DNA of 32,000 bases. It comes from Pseudodesulfovibrio mercurii (GTDB taxonomy: Bacteria > Desulfobacterota > Desulfovibrionia > Desulfovibrionales > Desulfovibrionaceae). The notes beneath the pieces were generated by a model. The model did no database searches. It saw nothing but the letters and a program-made list of their open reading frames with translations, and was not told where the DNA came from. The DNA is taken from positions 3,450,001 to 3,482,000 of the forward strand of contig NC_016803.1 of assembly GCF_000189295.2 (NCBI RefSeq), given 5' to 3'. Every line of letters starts with the position of its first letter. Positions within the stretch are counted from its first letter, which is position 1. Made by a program: the position numbers and the translations under genes. Positions 1 through 7,124 of this stretch are shown one piece after another.

Positions 1-2597
1 ACCAGGATGGCCATGACCAGCAGGACCCACAGGCCGCGCATGGAGTCCTGGAAGGCCTGGGCCTCGCCCTGGAAGCTGGTGGAGACCGAGGCCGGGACCA
101 CCTCGGCGGCCAGCTTCGAGACCGCGTCCACGGCCGAGCCCAGGGACTCTCCCGGCGGCAGGTTGAAGGAGATGGTCGCGGACGGCAGCTGGCCCGAGTG
201 GTTGACGGACAGCGGGCCCACGCCCAGGCCCCACTTGGCCAGGGTTTCGAGGCGCACGAGCTTGCCGTTGGCGGAGCGCACCGAGAGCATGGCCAGGGCG
301 TCCGGGTTGGACTGGTACTGCGGGCCCAGCTCCATGATGACGTCGTAGGTGTCGGTGGGCGCGTAGATGGACGAGACCTTGCGGTTGCCGAAGGAGGTCG
401 AGAGGGCGTCCTCGATCTGGTAGGCCGAGATGCCGAGCGCCGAGGCCTTGTCGCGGTCGATGTCGATGGCCAGCTCGGGGTTGTCGAACTCCATGTCCGA
501 GGACACGTCCTGGATGCCGGGCAGCTCCTGCATGCGCTTTTCCATGTCCGCTGCGGCCTGGAACAGGACCTCGGTGTCGGGGCTCTGCAGGGTGTACTGG
601 TACTGGCCCTTGGAACTGCGCCCGCCGATGCGGATGGCCGGGGGATTGGACACGAAGGCCCGGATGCCCGGCACCTGCGAGAGCTTGGCCCGCAGCCGCT
701 GCTGGACCCCCTCGATGGGGCCGCGTTCGCTGCGCGGCTTGAGATCGACCATGAGGCGGCCGGAGTTGCCGCCCCGGTTGGGGCCGCCCCCGCCGACCAC
801 GGACATGTAGTTCTGCACGGCCGGGTCGTTGGCCACGATCCGCATGAGCTGCTGCTGGCGCTCCTTCATGATGTCGAAGGCCACGCCCTGTTCGGCCTCG
901 GTGGAGACCATCAGGCGGCCCGCATCCTCGGTGGGCAGGAAGCCCTTGGGGATGGCCCGGAACAGGACCACGGTAAGAATCAGGACCAGGATGGAGGCGA
1001 GCATGGTCAGCCGGTGGTGGCGCAGGGTCCAGTCCAGGGTGCGGGCGTAGAACCGGCGCAGCCCCTCGAAGCCCCGCTCGAACAGGTTGAACAGTTTGCC
1101 GTGATGCGTCTCCCCGTTGTGCGGCTTGATGATCAGGCTGCACAGCATGGGGGTCAGGGTCAGGGAGACCAGCCCGGAGATGAGGATGGAGGCGCAGATG
1201 GTCACGGCGAACTCGTGGAACAGGCGGCCCACGATGCCGCCCATGAAGAGCACGGGCAGGAACACGGCGGCCAGGGAGATGGTCATGGACACGATGGTGA
1301 AGGCGATCTCCTTCGAACCGTCCATGACCGCCTCCAGGGTGGACTTGCCCATCTCCCCGTGGCGGACGATGTTTTCGAGCATGACGATGGCGTCGTCCAC
1401 CACGAAGCCCACGGACAGGGTCAGGGCCATGAGCGATATGTTGTTCAGGCTGAACCCGTAGAGGTACATGACCGAGAAGGTGCCGATGACCGACATGGGC
1501 AGGGCCAGGCTCGGGATGATGGTGGCCGACAGTCTGCGCAGGAAGAGAAAGATGACCAGGATGACCAGGCCCACGGTGAGCAGCAGGGTGAACTGCACGT
1601 CCCCGATGGACTCCTTGATGGACTCGGAGCGGTCGTAGAGCACGTTCAGGTTGATGGCGGCGGGCAACTGGGACTGGAAGGAGGGCAGCAGGGCGCGCAC
1701 GGCCTTGACCACCTCCACGGTGTTGGTGCCGGGCTGGCGCTGGATGGCCAGGACCATGCCGGGCTGGCCGTTGTACCAGTTGCGCCGTCTGGTCTGCTCC
1801 ACGGAGTCGAACACGTCGGCCACGTCGGACAGGCGCACGGGCGCGCCCTTGCGCCAGGCCACCACCAGGGGCTTGTAGTCCTCGGCGTTCATGAGCTTGC
1901 CGCTGGAGCGGACGATGTACTCGCGCACGGGGCCGGCCACGGTGCCCACGGGCAGGTTGACGTTGCCCTTGCGCACGGCCTCGGCCACCTCGTCCACGCC
2001 GAGCTCCATGGCCGACAGCCTTTCGGGCGAGAGCTGGATGCGCACGGCGTACTTCTGGGAGCCGTAGACCTGGACCTGGGCCACGCCGTTGACCATGGAG
2101 ATGCGCTGGGCCATGAAGTTCTCGGCGTACTCGTTGACGTCGGACAGCCGCATGGTCGGCGAGGAGAGCGAAAGATAGAGGATGGGCGAGTCCGCCGGGT
2201 TGACCTTGCGGAAGCTCGGGGTGGAGGTCATGTCGTCGGGCAGCCGCCGCAGGGCCGTGGTGATGGCCGACTGCACGTCCAGGGCCGCGTCGTCGATGTT
2301 CCGCTCCAGGGTGAACTGCAGGGTGATGCGCGTGCTGCCCAGGCTGGAGATGGAGGTCATGGAGTCCAGCCCGGCGATGGTCGAGAACTGTTTTTCCAGG
2401 GGCGTGGCCACGGACGAGGCCATGGTCTCGGGGTTGGCCCCGGACAGGGAGGCCGAGACCTCGATGGTCGGGAAGTCCACGCTGGGCAGGTCGCTGACCG
2501 GCAGGCGCAAGTAGGCCATGACGCCGAAGACCAGGATGGCGGTCATGACCAGGGTGGTCATGACCGGGCGGCGGACGAACAGGGCGGACGGATTCAT
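1..2597 (-). CDS. RND efflux transporter permease subunit (HAE1 type, MdtB/MdtC/AcrB-like); C-terminal end lies outside the window
   Basis: My own minus-strand translation from the ATG at about 2597 gives MNPSALFVRRPVMTTLVMTAILVFGVMAYLRLPVSDLPSVDFPTIEVSASLSGANPETMASSVATPLEKQFSTIAGLDSMTS..., the canonical RND pump N-terminus. The same frame at the window edge still reads membrane-like sequence (QAFQDSMRGLWVLLVMAILV). It is missing from the ORF track because there is no in-window stop. The start overlaps the stop of the upstream MFP gene (TAATG). Confidence 0.9.
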   Translation of the reverse strand, partial: MNPSALFVRRPVMTTLVMTAILVFGVMAYLRLPVSDLPSVDFPTIEVSASLSGANPETMASSVATPLEKQFSTIAGLDSMTSISSLGSTRITLQFTLERNIDDAALDVQSAITTALRRLPDDMTSTPSFRKVNPADSPILYLSLSSPTMRLSDVNEYAENFMAQRISMVNGVAQVQVYGSQKYAVRIQLSPERLSAMELGVDEVAEAVRKGNVNLPVGTVAGPVREYIVRSSGKLMNAEDYKPLVVAWRKGAPVRLSDVADVFDSVEQTRRRNWYNGQPGMVLAIQRQPGTNTVEVVKAVRALLPSFQSQLPAAINLNVLYDRSESIKESIGDVQFTLLLTVGLVILVIFLFLRRLSATIIPSLALPMSVIGTFSVMYLYGFSLNNISLMALTLSVGFVVDDAIVMLENIVRHGEMGKSTLEAVMDGSKEIAFTIVSMTISLAAVFLPVLFMGGIVGRLFHEFAVTICASILISGLVSLTLTPMLCSLIIKPHNGETHHGKLFNLFERGFEGLRRFYARTLDWTLRHHRLTMLASILVLILTVVLFRAIPKGFLPTEDAGRLMVSTEAEQGVAFDIMKERQQQLMRIVANDPAVQNYMSVVGGGGPNRGGNSGRLMVDLKPRSERGPIEGVQQRLRAKLSQVPGIRAFVSNPPAIRIGGRSSKGQYQYTLQSPDTEVLFQAAADMEKRMQELPGIQDVSSDMEFDNPELAIDIDRDKASALGISAYQIEDALSTSFGNRKVSSIYAPTDTYDVIMELGPQYQSNPDALAMLSVRSANGKLVRLETLAKWGLGVGPLSVNHSGQLPSATISFNLPPGESLGSAVDAVSKLAAEVVPASVSTSFQGEAQAFQDSMRGLWVLLVMAIL

Positions 2598-3841
2598 TAT
2601 TGTTTGTCCTCGGCCGGGGCCTTGGCGGGAGTCCCCGCCGCGCCCTTGCCGTCGGCCTTGGCCGCGTTTTTGCCCATGTTCTTGATGGACACCTTGGCGC
2701 CGGGGCTCAGCCCCACCTGGCCGTCCAGGACCACCATATCGCCGGGCTCGATGCCGGACCGGATGACCGTGCGTTTGCCCACGATGTGGGCGGTGACCAC
2801 CTGCCTCGGCTCCACGGTGCCGGACGCCGGGTCGTCCCCGGCGGTCTTGACCACGTACACGTAAGGCCCGTCCATGCCCTGGAGGACCGCCCCGGTGGGC
2901 AGGAGCAGGGCGTCCTTGAGGGTCCGCAGGGTCAGCTCCACCCGGGCGAACTGGCCGGGCCAGAACCGGGTGTCGTCGTTGGGGTAGGAGGCCAGCAGCC
3001 GGATGGTGCCCGTGGTCGTGTCCACGGCGTTGTCCACGGCGGCCAAATCCCCGTCAACGGGCGTGGAGGTCATGCCGGACGGGGTGATGCTGACGCGCAT
3101 GGGCCCCTGTCTGCGGCGCTCCATGATCTCGCCCAGGTAGCGCTCGGGCAGGGTGAAGGAGACGTTGATGGGCCGGATCTGGTTGATGACGCACAGGGTG
3201 CGGTCGTCGTTGGCCTTGATGACGTTGCCCACGTTGACCTGGACGATGCCCACCCGCCCGGAGATGGGGGCGCGGATGGCGGCGTAGTCGCGGTCGAGCC
3301 GGGCCTGCTCCAGGGCGGCCTCGTTGAGCCGGATGGTGTTTTCCAGTGAGGTGGCCTCGGCAAAGGTGTTGTCGTAGGACTCCTGGGCGACCACGTTCAG
3401 CTCGCGGAGCTTGGAGTAGCGGCGCAGGTCCTCCTTGGCCTTGTTCAGGTGGGCGCGGTCGCGGTCGAGCCGGGCCTGGGCCTCCTTGATGGCCAGGTCG
3501 AAGGAACGCGGGTCCACCTGGAAGAGCAGGTCGCCCGCCTCCACGTCCTGGCCGTTCTGGACCAACTGCTTGACGATGATTCCGCCCACCCTGGACTTGA
3601 TCTCCACCGAGGCCAGCGGGGTGACGTTGCCCACGGCGGATAGGGTCACGGGCACGTTCTCGCGCACGGCGGCCACGGCCGTGACCGGGACCACGCGCTC
3701 CCGTTTGGCCTTGTTTTCATTGCCGCCGCAGGCCGCGAGCAGGGCTGCCGCGAGCAGGCAGAGCAGCCCGGCCAGGACCGGGCCGGGAACCCGTTTCCGG
3801 GGCCGGTTTCCATGCGGAACAGAGACAGATGAGCGAGGCAC
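2597..3841 (-). CDS. RND efflux membrane fusion protein (HlyD/AcrA family periplasmic adaptor), probable lipoprotein
   Basis: ORF 2597..3964 contains typical MFP sequence (VEIKSRVGGIIVKQLVQNGQDVEAGDLLFQVDP, coiled-coil region, IRAPISGRVG). The likely start is the GTG at about 3841, preceded by GGAGGG. That start gives a signal peptide with a lipobox (LLAAC). The ATG at 3964 would add an Arg/Pro-rich non-signal extension and would overlap a promoter-like sequence. Confidence 0.88.
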   Translation of the reverse strand: MPRSSVSVPHGNRPRKRVPGPVLAGLLCLLAAALLAACGGNENKAKRERVVPVTAVAAVRENVPVTLSAVGNVTPLASVEIKSRVGGIIVKQLVQNGQDVEAGDLLFQVDPRSFDLAIKEAQARLDRDRAHLNKAKEDLRRYSKLRELNVVAQESYDNTFAEATSLENTIRLNEAALEQARLDRDYAAIRAPISGRVGIVQVNVGNVIKANDDRTLCVINQIRPINVSFTLPERYLGEIMERRRQGPMRVSITPSGMTSTPVDGDLAAVDNAVDTTTGTIRLLASYPNDDTRFWPGQFARVELTLRTLKDALLLPTGAVLQGMDGPYVYVVKTAGDDPASGTVEPRQVVTAHIVGKRTVIRSGIEPGDMVVLDGQVGLSPGAKVSIKNMGKNAAKADGKGAAGTPAKAPAEDKQ

Positions 3842-3921
3842 GTGCCCTCCAGGTCGTCGGCCCCGTGCGGGCGGGGACCGGAAGTCCGTCCGGGCGCGGA
3901 GACCCGGTGGACGGTTGTTCA

Positions 3922-3950
3922 ATTCATACTGCCCGCGTTTATAATTGCAA
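3922..3950 (-). promoter_or_regulatory. Candidate sigma-70 promoter of the efflux operon (TTGCAA-16 nt-TATGAAT on the minus strand)
   Basis: The minus strand reads TTGCAATTATAAACGCGGGCAGTATGAAT about 80 nt upstream of the proposed GTG start. This is a hexamer match only, with no other support. Confidence 0.25.
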
Positions 3951-4244
3951 AGAAACGCAAACACAATGGGTCCGCTCCGGGGAAGGTCGGAGGGCCGGGT
4001 CCGGGCATGTCACCGCCCGGAGAATCCTCAAGCGATCCGCTCTCTTGCCGTTCCGAAAAAAATGGCGGGGGAAGCTGCGGGCGGGGCGGCAGGCTCCCGG
4101 TCGCGAACCGCTCCGTTCTTGTTTCGGGCCTGTCCCATCACTTTTTATTTATTAATTTTTTATCGACGGCGTGGGGCCGTGCGCCGGGGAGCGCGCAGGC
4201 TCGGGTCCGATTGCCGAAATCGTCAAACGGCCCTCGGGCGCGGC

Positions 4245-4264
4245 GGCCGGGGGTGCGCCCGGCC
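4245..4264 (-). terminator. GC-rich hairpin just downstream of the Crp/Fnr gene stop
   Basis: GGCCGGG-N6-CCCGGCC inverted repeat 8 nt past the stop codon. No clear U-tract follows. Confidence 0.3.
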
Positions 4265-4271
4265 CCTGTGC

Positions 4272-4967
4272 TCACTCCGTTTCGTGGGCGGCGGCCAGGC
4301 CGTCGTGGTCGAGGATGCGGATGTTCCGGCCCGAGGCCTCGATGAGGCGGCGGCGTTTGAACTTCTGGATGACGCGGGACAGGGTCTCCGGGCTGGTGCC
4401 GACGATGCGGGCCATCTCGGTGTGGGAGATGTGCAGGGAGAAGGGGTCGCCGGGGCGGGCGGCGCAGCATCCCTCGGAGTGCTGGAGGAAACAGGCGATG
4501 CGCTTCTGGGTGCCGTGCAGGGCCAGGGACTCCACGAGGTTCATGGTTTCCAGCAGTCTGCCCGCCAGGGTCTGCATGATCTTGAGCAGGAGGATGGGCT
4601 GGCGCCGGGCCAGGTCCTCCATGTCCTCGGACGGGATGCCCGCCACAAGGCTCTTTTCCAGGGCGGCCACGTCCACGGGATAGGGCCGGTCCGTGAAGGC
4701 CGAGCAGAAGCAGAAGGGCTGGCCCGCCTCCACCAGATAGAGGATCTGCTCCTTTCCGTCCGGGGTGCTGCGGAAGATCTTGGCCCGCCCGGACAGGACG
4801 ACGAAGAAGGCCTGGGTCTCGTCGGACCGGCTGATGACCCGTTCGCCGGGTTCGTAGCGGCTGAGCCGGGCGCGGCTGGCCAGGGCCATGACCGCCTCGT
4901 CCTCAAGGCCCGAAAAGAGGGGGGTTTTTCGCAGCAGGCGGAAGGTGTCCATGACAATTTTTCCCAT
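4272..4967 (-). CDS. Crp/Fnr family transcriptional regulator (cNMP-binding-like domain plus C-terminal HTH)
   Basis: 231-aa ORF. The N-terminal beta-roll region resembles the cNMP-binding fold (FSGLEDEAVMALASRARLSRYEPGERV...FFVVLSGRAKIF). The C-terminal HTH is HTEMARIVGTSPETLSRVIQKF, with an FNR-type E--SR recognition-helix motif. The start may be Met1 (4967) or Met6 (4952). Confidence 0.9.
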   Translation of the reverse strand: MGKIVMDTFRLLRKTPLFSGLEDEAVMALASRARLSRYEPGERVISRSDETQAFFVVLSGRAKIFRSTPDGKEQILYLVEAGQPFCFCSAFTDRPYPVDVAALEKSLVAGIPSEDMEDLARRQPILLLKIMQTLAGRLLETMNLVESLALHGTQKRIACFLQHSEGCCAARPGDPFSLHISHTEMARIVGTSPETLSRVIQKFKRRRLIEASGRNIRILDHDGLAAAHETE

Positions 4968-4972
4968 AAAAA

Positions 4973-4986
4973 TTGATCGCGATCAA
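4973..4986. promoter_or_regulatory. Perfect FNR-type box TTGATCGCGATCAA (TTGAT-N4-ATCAA) in the divergent intergenic region
   Basis: A 14-bp perfect palindrome identical to the FNR consensus half-sites. It sits between the Crp/Fnr gene and the FeS/NrfD/cytochrome operon. A TATGCT hexamer at 5009-5014 would put the box centre near -41.5, which is class II geometry. Confidence 0.6.
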
Positions 4987-5062
4987 TGTGACAATGGAAA
5001 AATTCTCCTATGCTACAGACGTGAATACTCGGTAATGGTCTATAATGAAAGGAGGAATACTG

Positions 5063-5971
5063 ATGACAATTTCCCGCAGAGGATTTTTGGGAGCGTTGGG
5101 GGTCGCGGGGGCGGTCTCGGCGGTGCCCGGAAATGCGCAGGCGTGGGAATCCAAGGCGCCGCCCGATCCGTTCGGCTGCCTGGTGGACCTGTCCCGGTGC
5201 GTGGGGTGCAGGAAGTGCGAACAGGCTTGCAAGGAGGTCAACGACCTGCCCGAGCCCGCCGTGAAGTTCGACGACCTGACCGTGCTCGACGCCAAGCGGA
5301 GGCCGGACCAGAACGCGTTCACGGTGATCAACCGGTACTATCCGGGGCGCATCGACGACCGCGACAAGCTGGCGCCGACCTTCGTCAAGGTGCAGTGCAT
5401 GCACTGCCAGGACCCGGCCTGCGTCTCGGCCTGCATCACCGGGGCCCTGACCAAGAAGGAAAACGGGGCCGTGCACTACGACGTGAACAAGTGCATCGGC
5501 TGCCGCTACTGCATGGCCGCCTGCCCCTTCGAGATCCCGGCCTACGAGTACGACAAGCCCATCCTGCCCAGGGTGCGCAAGTGCACGTTCTGCTTCGAGC
5601 GCATCTCCAAGGAGGGCGGCAAGCCCGGCTGCGCGTCCATCTGCCCGGTGGAGGCCATCACCTTCGGACGGCGGGGCGAGCTGCTCAAGCTGGCCCGCGG
5701 GCGCATCGAGGGCGATCCCGGCAAGTACATCGACCACATCTACGGGGAGCACGAGGTGGGCGGCACCAGTTGGCTGTACATCTCCAACGTGCCCTTCGAG
5801 AAGGTCGGCTTCCAGACCCTGCCGACCCGGCCCATGCCGCAGACCACGGAGACCATCCAGAGCGCGCTGTTCAGCTACCTGTGGTCCCCCCTGGCCCTGT
5901 TCGGGGTCCTCGGGGCGGTCATGGGCGCGACCTCGCGCAAGCACAACAAGGAGGGCGGTGATGACGCATAA
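5063..5971 (+). CDS. Tat-exported 4x[4Fe-4S] ferredoxin-type subunit (NrfC/HybA/HmcB/PsrB family) with a C-terminal membrane anchor
   Basis: ORF 5045..5971. The likely start is the second ATG (5063), after AAAGGAGGAA, giving the twin-arginine signal [13 protein letters not shown]...AQA. Four Cys clusters are present ([40 protein letters not shown]...CASICP). The hydrophobic C-terminus is [20 protein letters not shown]. Confidence 0.9.
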   Translation: MTISRRGFLGALGVAGAVSAVPGNAQAWESKAPPDPFGCLVDLSRCVGCRKCEQACKEVNDLPEPAVKFDDLTVLDAKRRPDQNAFTVINRYYPGRIDDRDKLAPTFVKVQCMHCQDPACVSACITGALTKKENGAVHYDVNKCIGCRYCMAACPFEIPAYEYDKPILPRVRKCTFCFERISKEGGKPGCASICPVEAITFGRRGELLKLARGRIEGDPGKYIDHIYGEHEVGGTSWLYISNVPFEKVGFQTLPTRPMPQTTETIQSALFSYLWSPLALFGVLGAVMGATSRKHNKEGGDDA

Positions 5972-7124
5972 GCCCCAACCCGTGGACCGGCCCTTCTGGA
6001 CGCCCGGCGTGCTGGTCATGCTGGCCCTGATGATCGCGGCCGCCCTGACCCTCGTCGTGCGCTACACCTACGGGCTGGCCGCCGTGACCAACCTGAACAA
6101 CCACTACCCGTGGGGCATCTGGATCGGCCTGGACGTGGCCTCGGGCGTGGCCCTGGCCGCGGGCGGCTTCACCACCGCCTTCCTGGCGCACATCCTGGGC
6201 CGCCACTACTACGAGGCCGTGACCCGGCCCGCGCTGCTGACCGCAGCCCTCGGCTACACCTTCGTGGCCCTGGCCGTGTTCTTCGACATCGGCCGGTCCT
6301 GGGCCATCTGGAAGCCGATCGTCTACCAGAACCATACCTCGGCCCTGTTCGAGGTGGCCATGTGCGTGATGACCTACGTGACCGTGCTGTGGATCGAGTT
6401 CATCCCGGTCCTGGCCGAGCGGCTGGGCGGGAAGATCAAGCTCCTGGCCTTCCTGGACCGCATCCTGGACAAGACCATGTGGGTCTTCATCATCCTCGGG
6501 GTGGTGCTGTCCTGCATGCACCAGTCCAGCCTGGGCACCCTGATGGTCATCGCGCCGACCAAGACGTCGCCCCTGTGGGCCACGCCGCTGCAACCGCTGC
6601 TGTTCCTGACCTCGGCCTTCGCCGTGGGCTATCCCATGGTCATCGTGGAGACGACCATCGCCACCTCCTCCCTCAGGCTGGAGTCGGAGATGAACGTGCT
6701 CTCGCCGCTGTCCAGGATCACCATCCTGCTGCTCGGCGTGTACATGGCCCTCAAGGTCGGGGACCTGATCTCGCGCGGGGCGTACACGACCCTGCTGGAC
6801 GGCTCGGCCCAGAGCAACTCCTTCCTGGTGGAGGTGGGGCTCGGGGTGATCCTGCCCTGGCTCATGCTGCTCGTCCCGGCGGTGCGCCGCTCGCGCAGGT
6901 GGCTGTTCATCGCGGCCCTGCTCATCGTCTCGGGCGTGATGCTCAACCGGTTCAACGTGTTCGTGGTTTCCTTCAAGGCCCCGTATGCGAACTACCCGTA
7001 CTACCCGGCCATCGGCGAGATACTCGTCACCGCCGGAGCCGTGGCCACGATCTTCTTCCTCTACCGGCTGATTGTGACCTGGTTCCCGGTGCTTTCCGCC
7101 CAACGACAGGAGGTTTCCCAATGA
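5958..7124 (+). CDS. NrfD/PsrC/HmcC-family integral membrane quinone-interacting subunit
   Basis: 388-aa polytopic membrane ORF with multiple hydrophobic helices and NrfD-family-like sequence ([24 protein letters not shown]). It overlaps the upstream gene by 14 nt and the downstream gene by 4 nt (ATGATGA), so the three genes are translationally coupled. Confidence 0.88.
   Translation: MMTHKPQPVDRPFWTPGVLVMLALMIAAALTLVVRYTYGLAAVTNLNNHYPWGIWIGLDVASGVALAAGGFTTAFLAHILGRHYYEAVTRPALLTAALGYTFVALAVFFDIGRSWAIWKPIVYQNHTSALFEVAMCVMTYVTVLWIEFIPVLAERLGGKIKLLAFLDRILDKTMWVFIILGVVLSCMHQSSLGTLMVIAPTKTSPLWATPLQPLLFLTSAFAVGYPMVIVETTIATSSLRLESEMNVLSPLSRITILLLGVYMALKVGDLISRGAYTTLLDGSAQSNSFLVEVGLGVILPWLMLLVPAVRRSRRWLFIAALLIVSGVMLNRFNVFVVSFKAPYANYPYYPAIGEILVTAGAVATIFFLYRLIVTWFPVLSAQRQEVSQ

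Noticed and set aside
198-2864. 888-aa + strand ORF covering the RND pump region.
   Set aside because: Its Gly/His/Asp/Arg/Ala-rich low-complexity translation has no recognisable domain. The opposite strand encodes an unmistakable RND permease and MFP. This is a typical shadow ORF of high-GC DNA.
4138-4170. A 30-nt AT-rich tract (CACTTTTTATTTATTAATTTTTTATCGAC) between the crp-type gene and the efflux operon, considered as a promoter UP element, an IHF site or a small RNA.
   Set aside because: No flanking -35/-10 hexamers, inverted repeats or conserved structure could be identified by eye. There is not enough evidence to call any function.
3945-4976. 343-aa + strand ORF spanning the efflux/crp intergenic region and the Crp/Fnr gene.
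   Set aside because: It is antisense to a well-supported Crp/Fnr regulator and its composition is low complexity. Its 5' part crosses a non-coding, hairpin-rich and AT-rich region.
5040-5045. TATAAT hexamer directly before the first ATG of ORF 5045..5971, considered as the operon's -10 element.
   Set aside because: A start about 7 nt downstream would fall inside the AAAGGAGGAA ribosome-binding site that serves the more plausible ATG at 5063, the start of the twin-arginine signal. It is more likely a fortuitous match.
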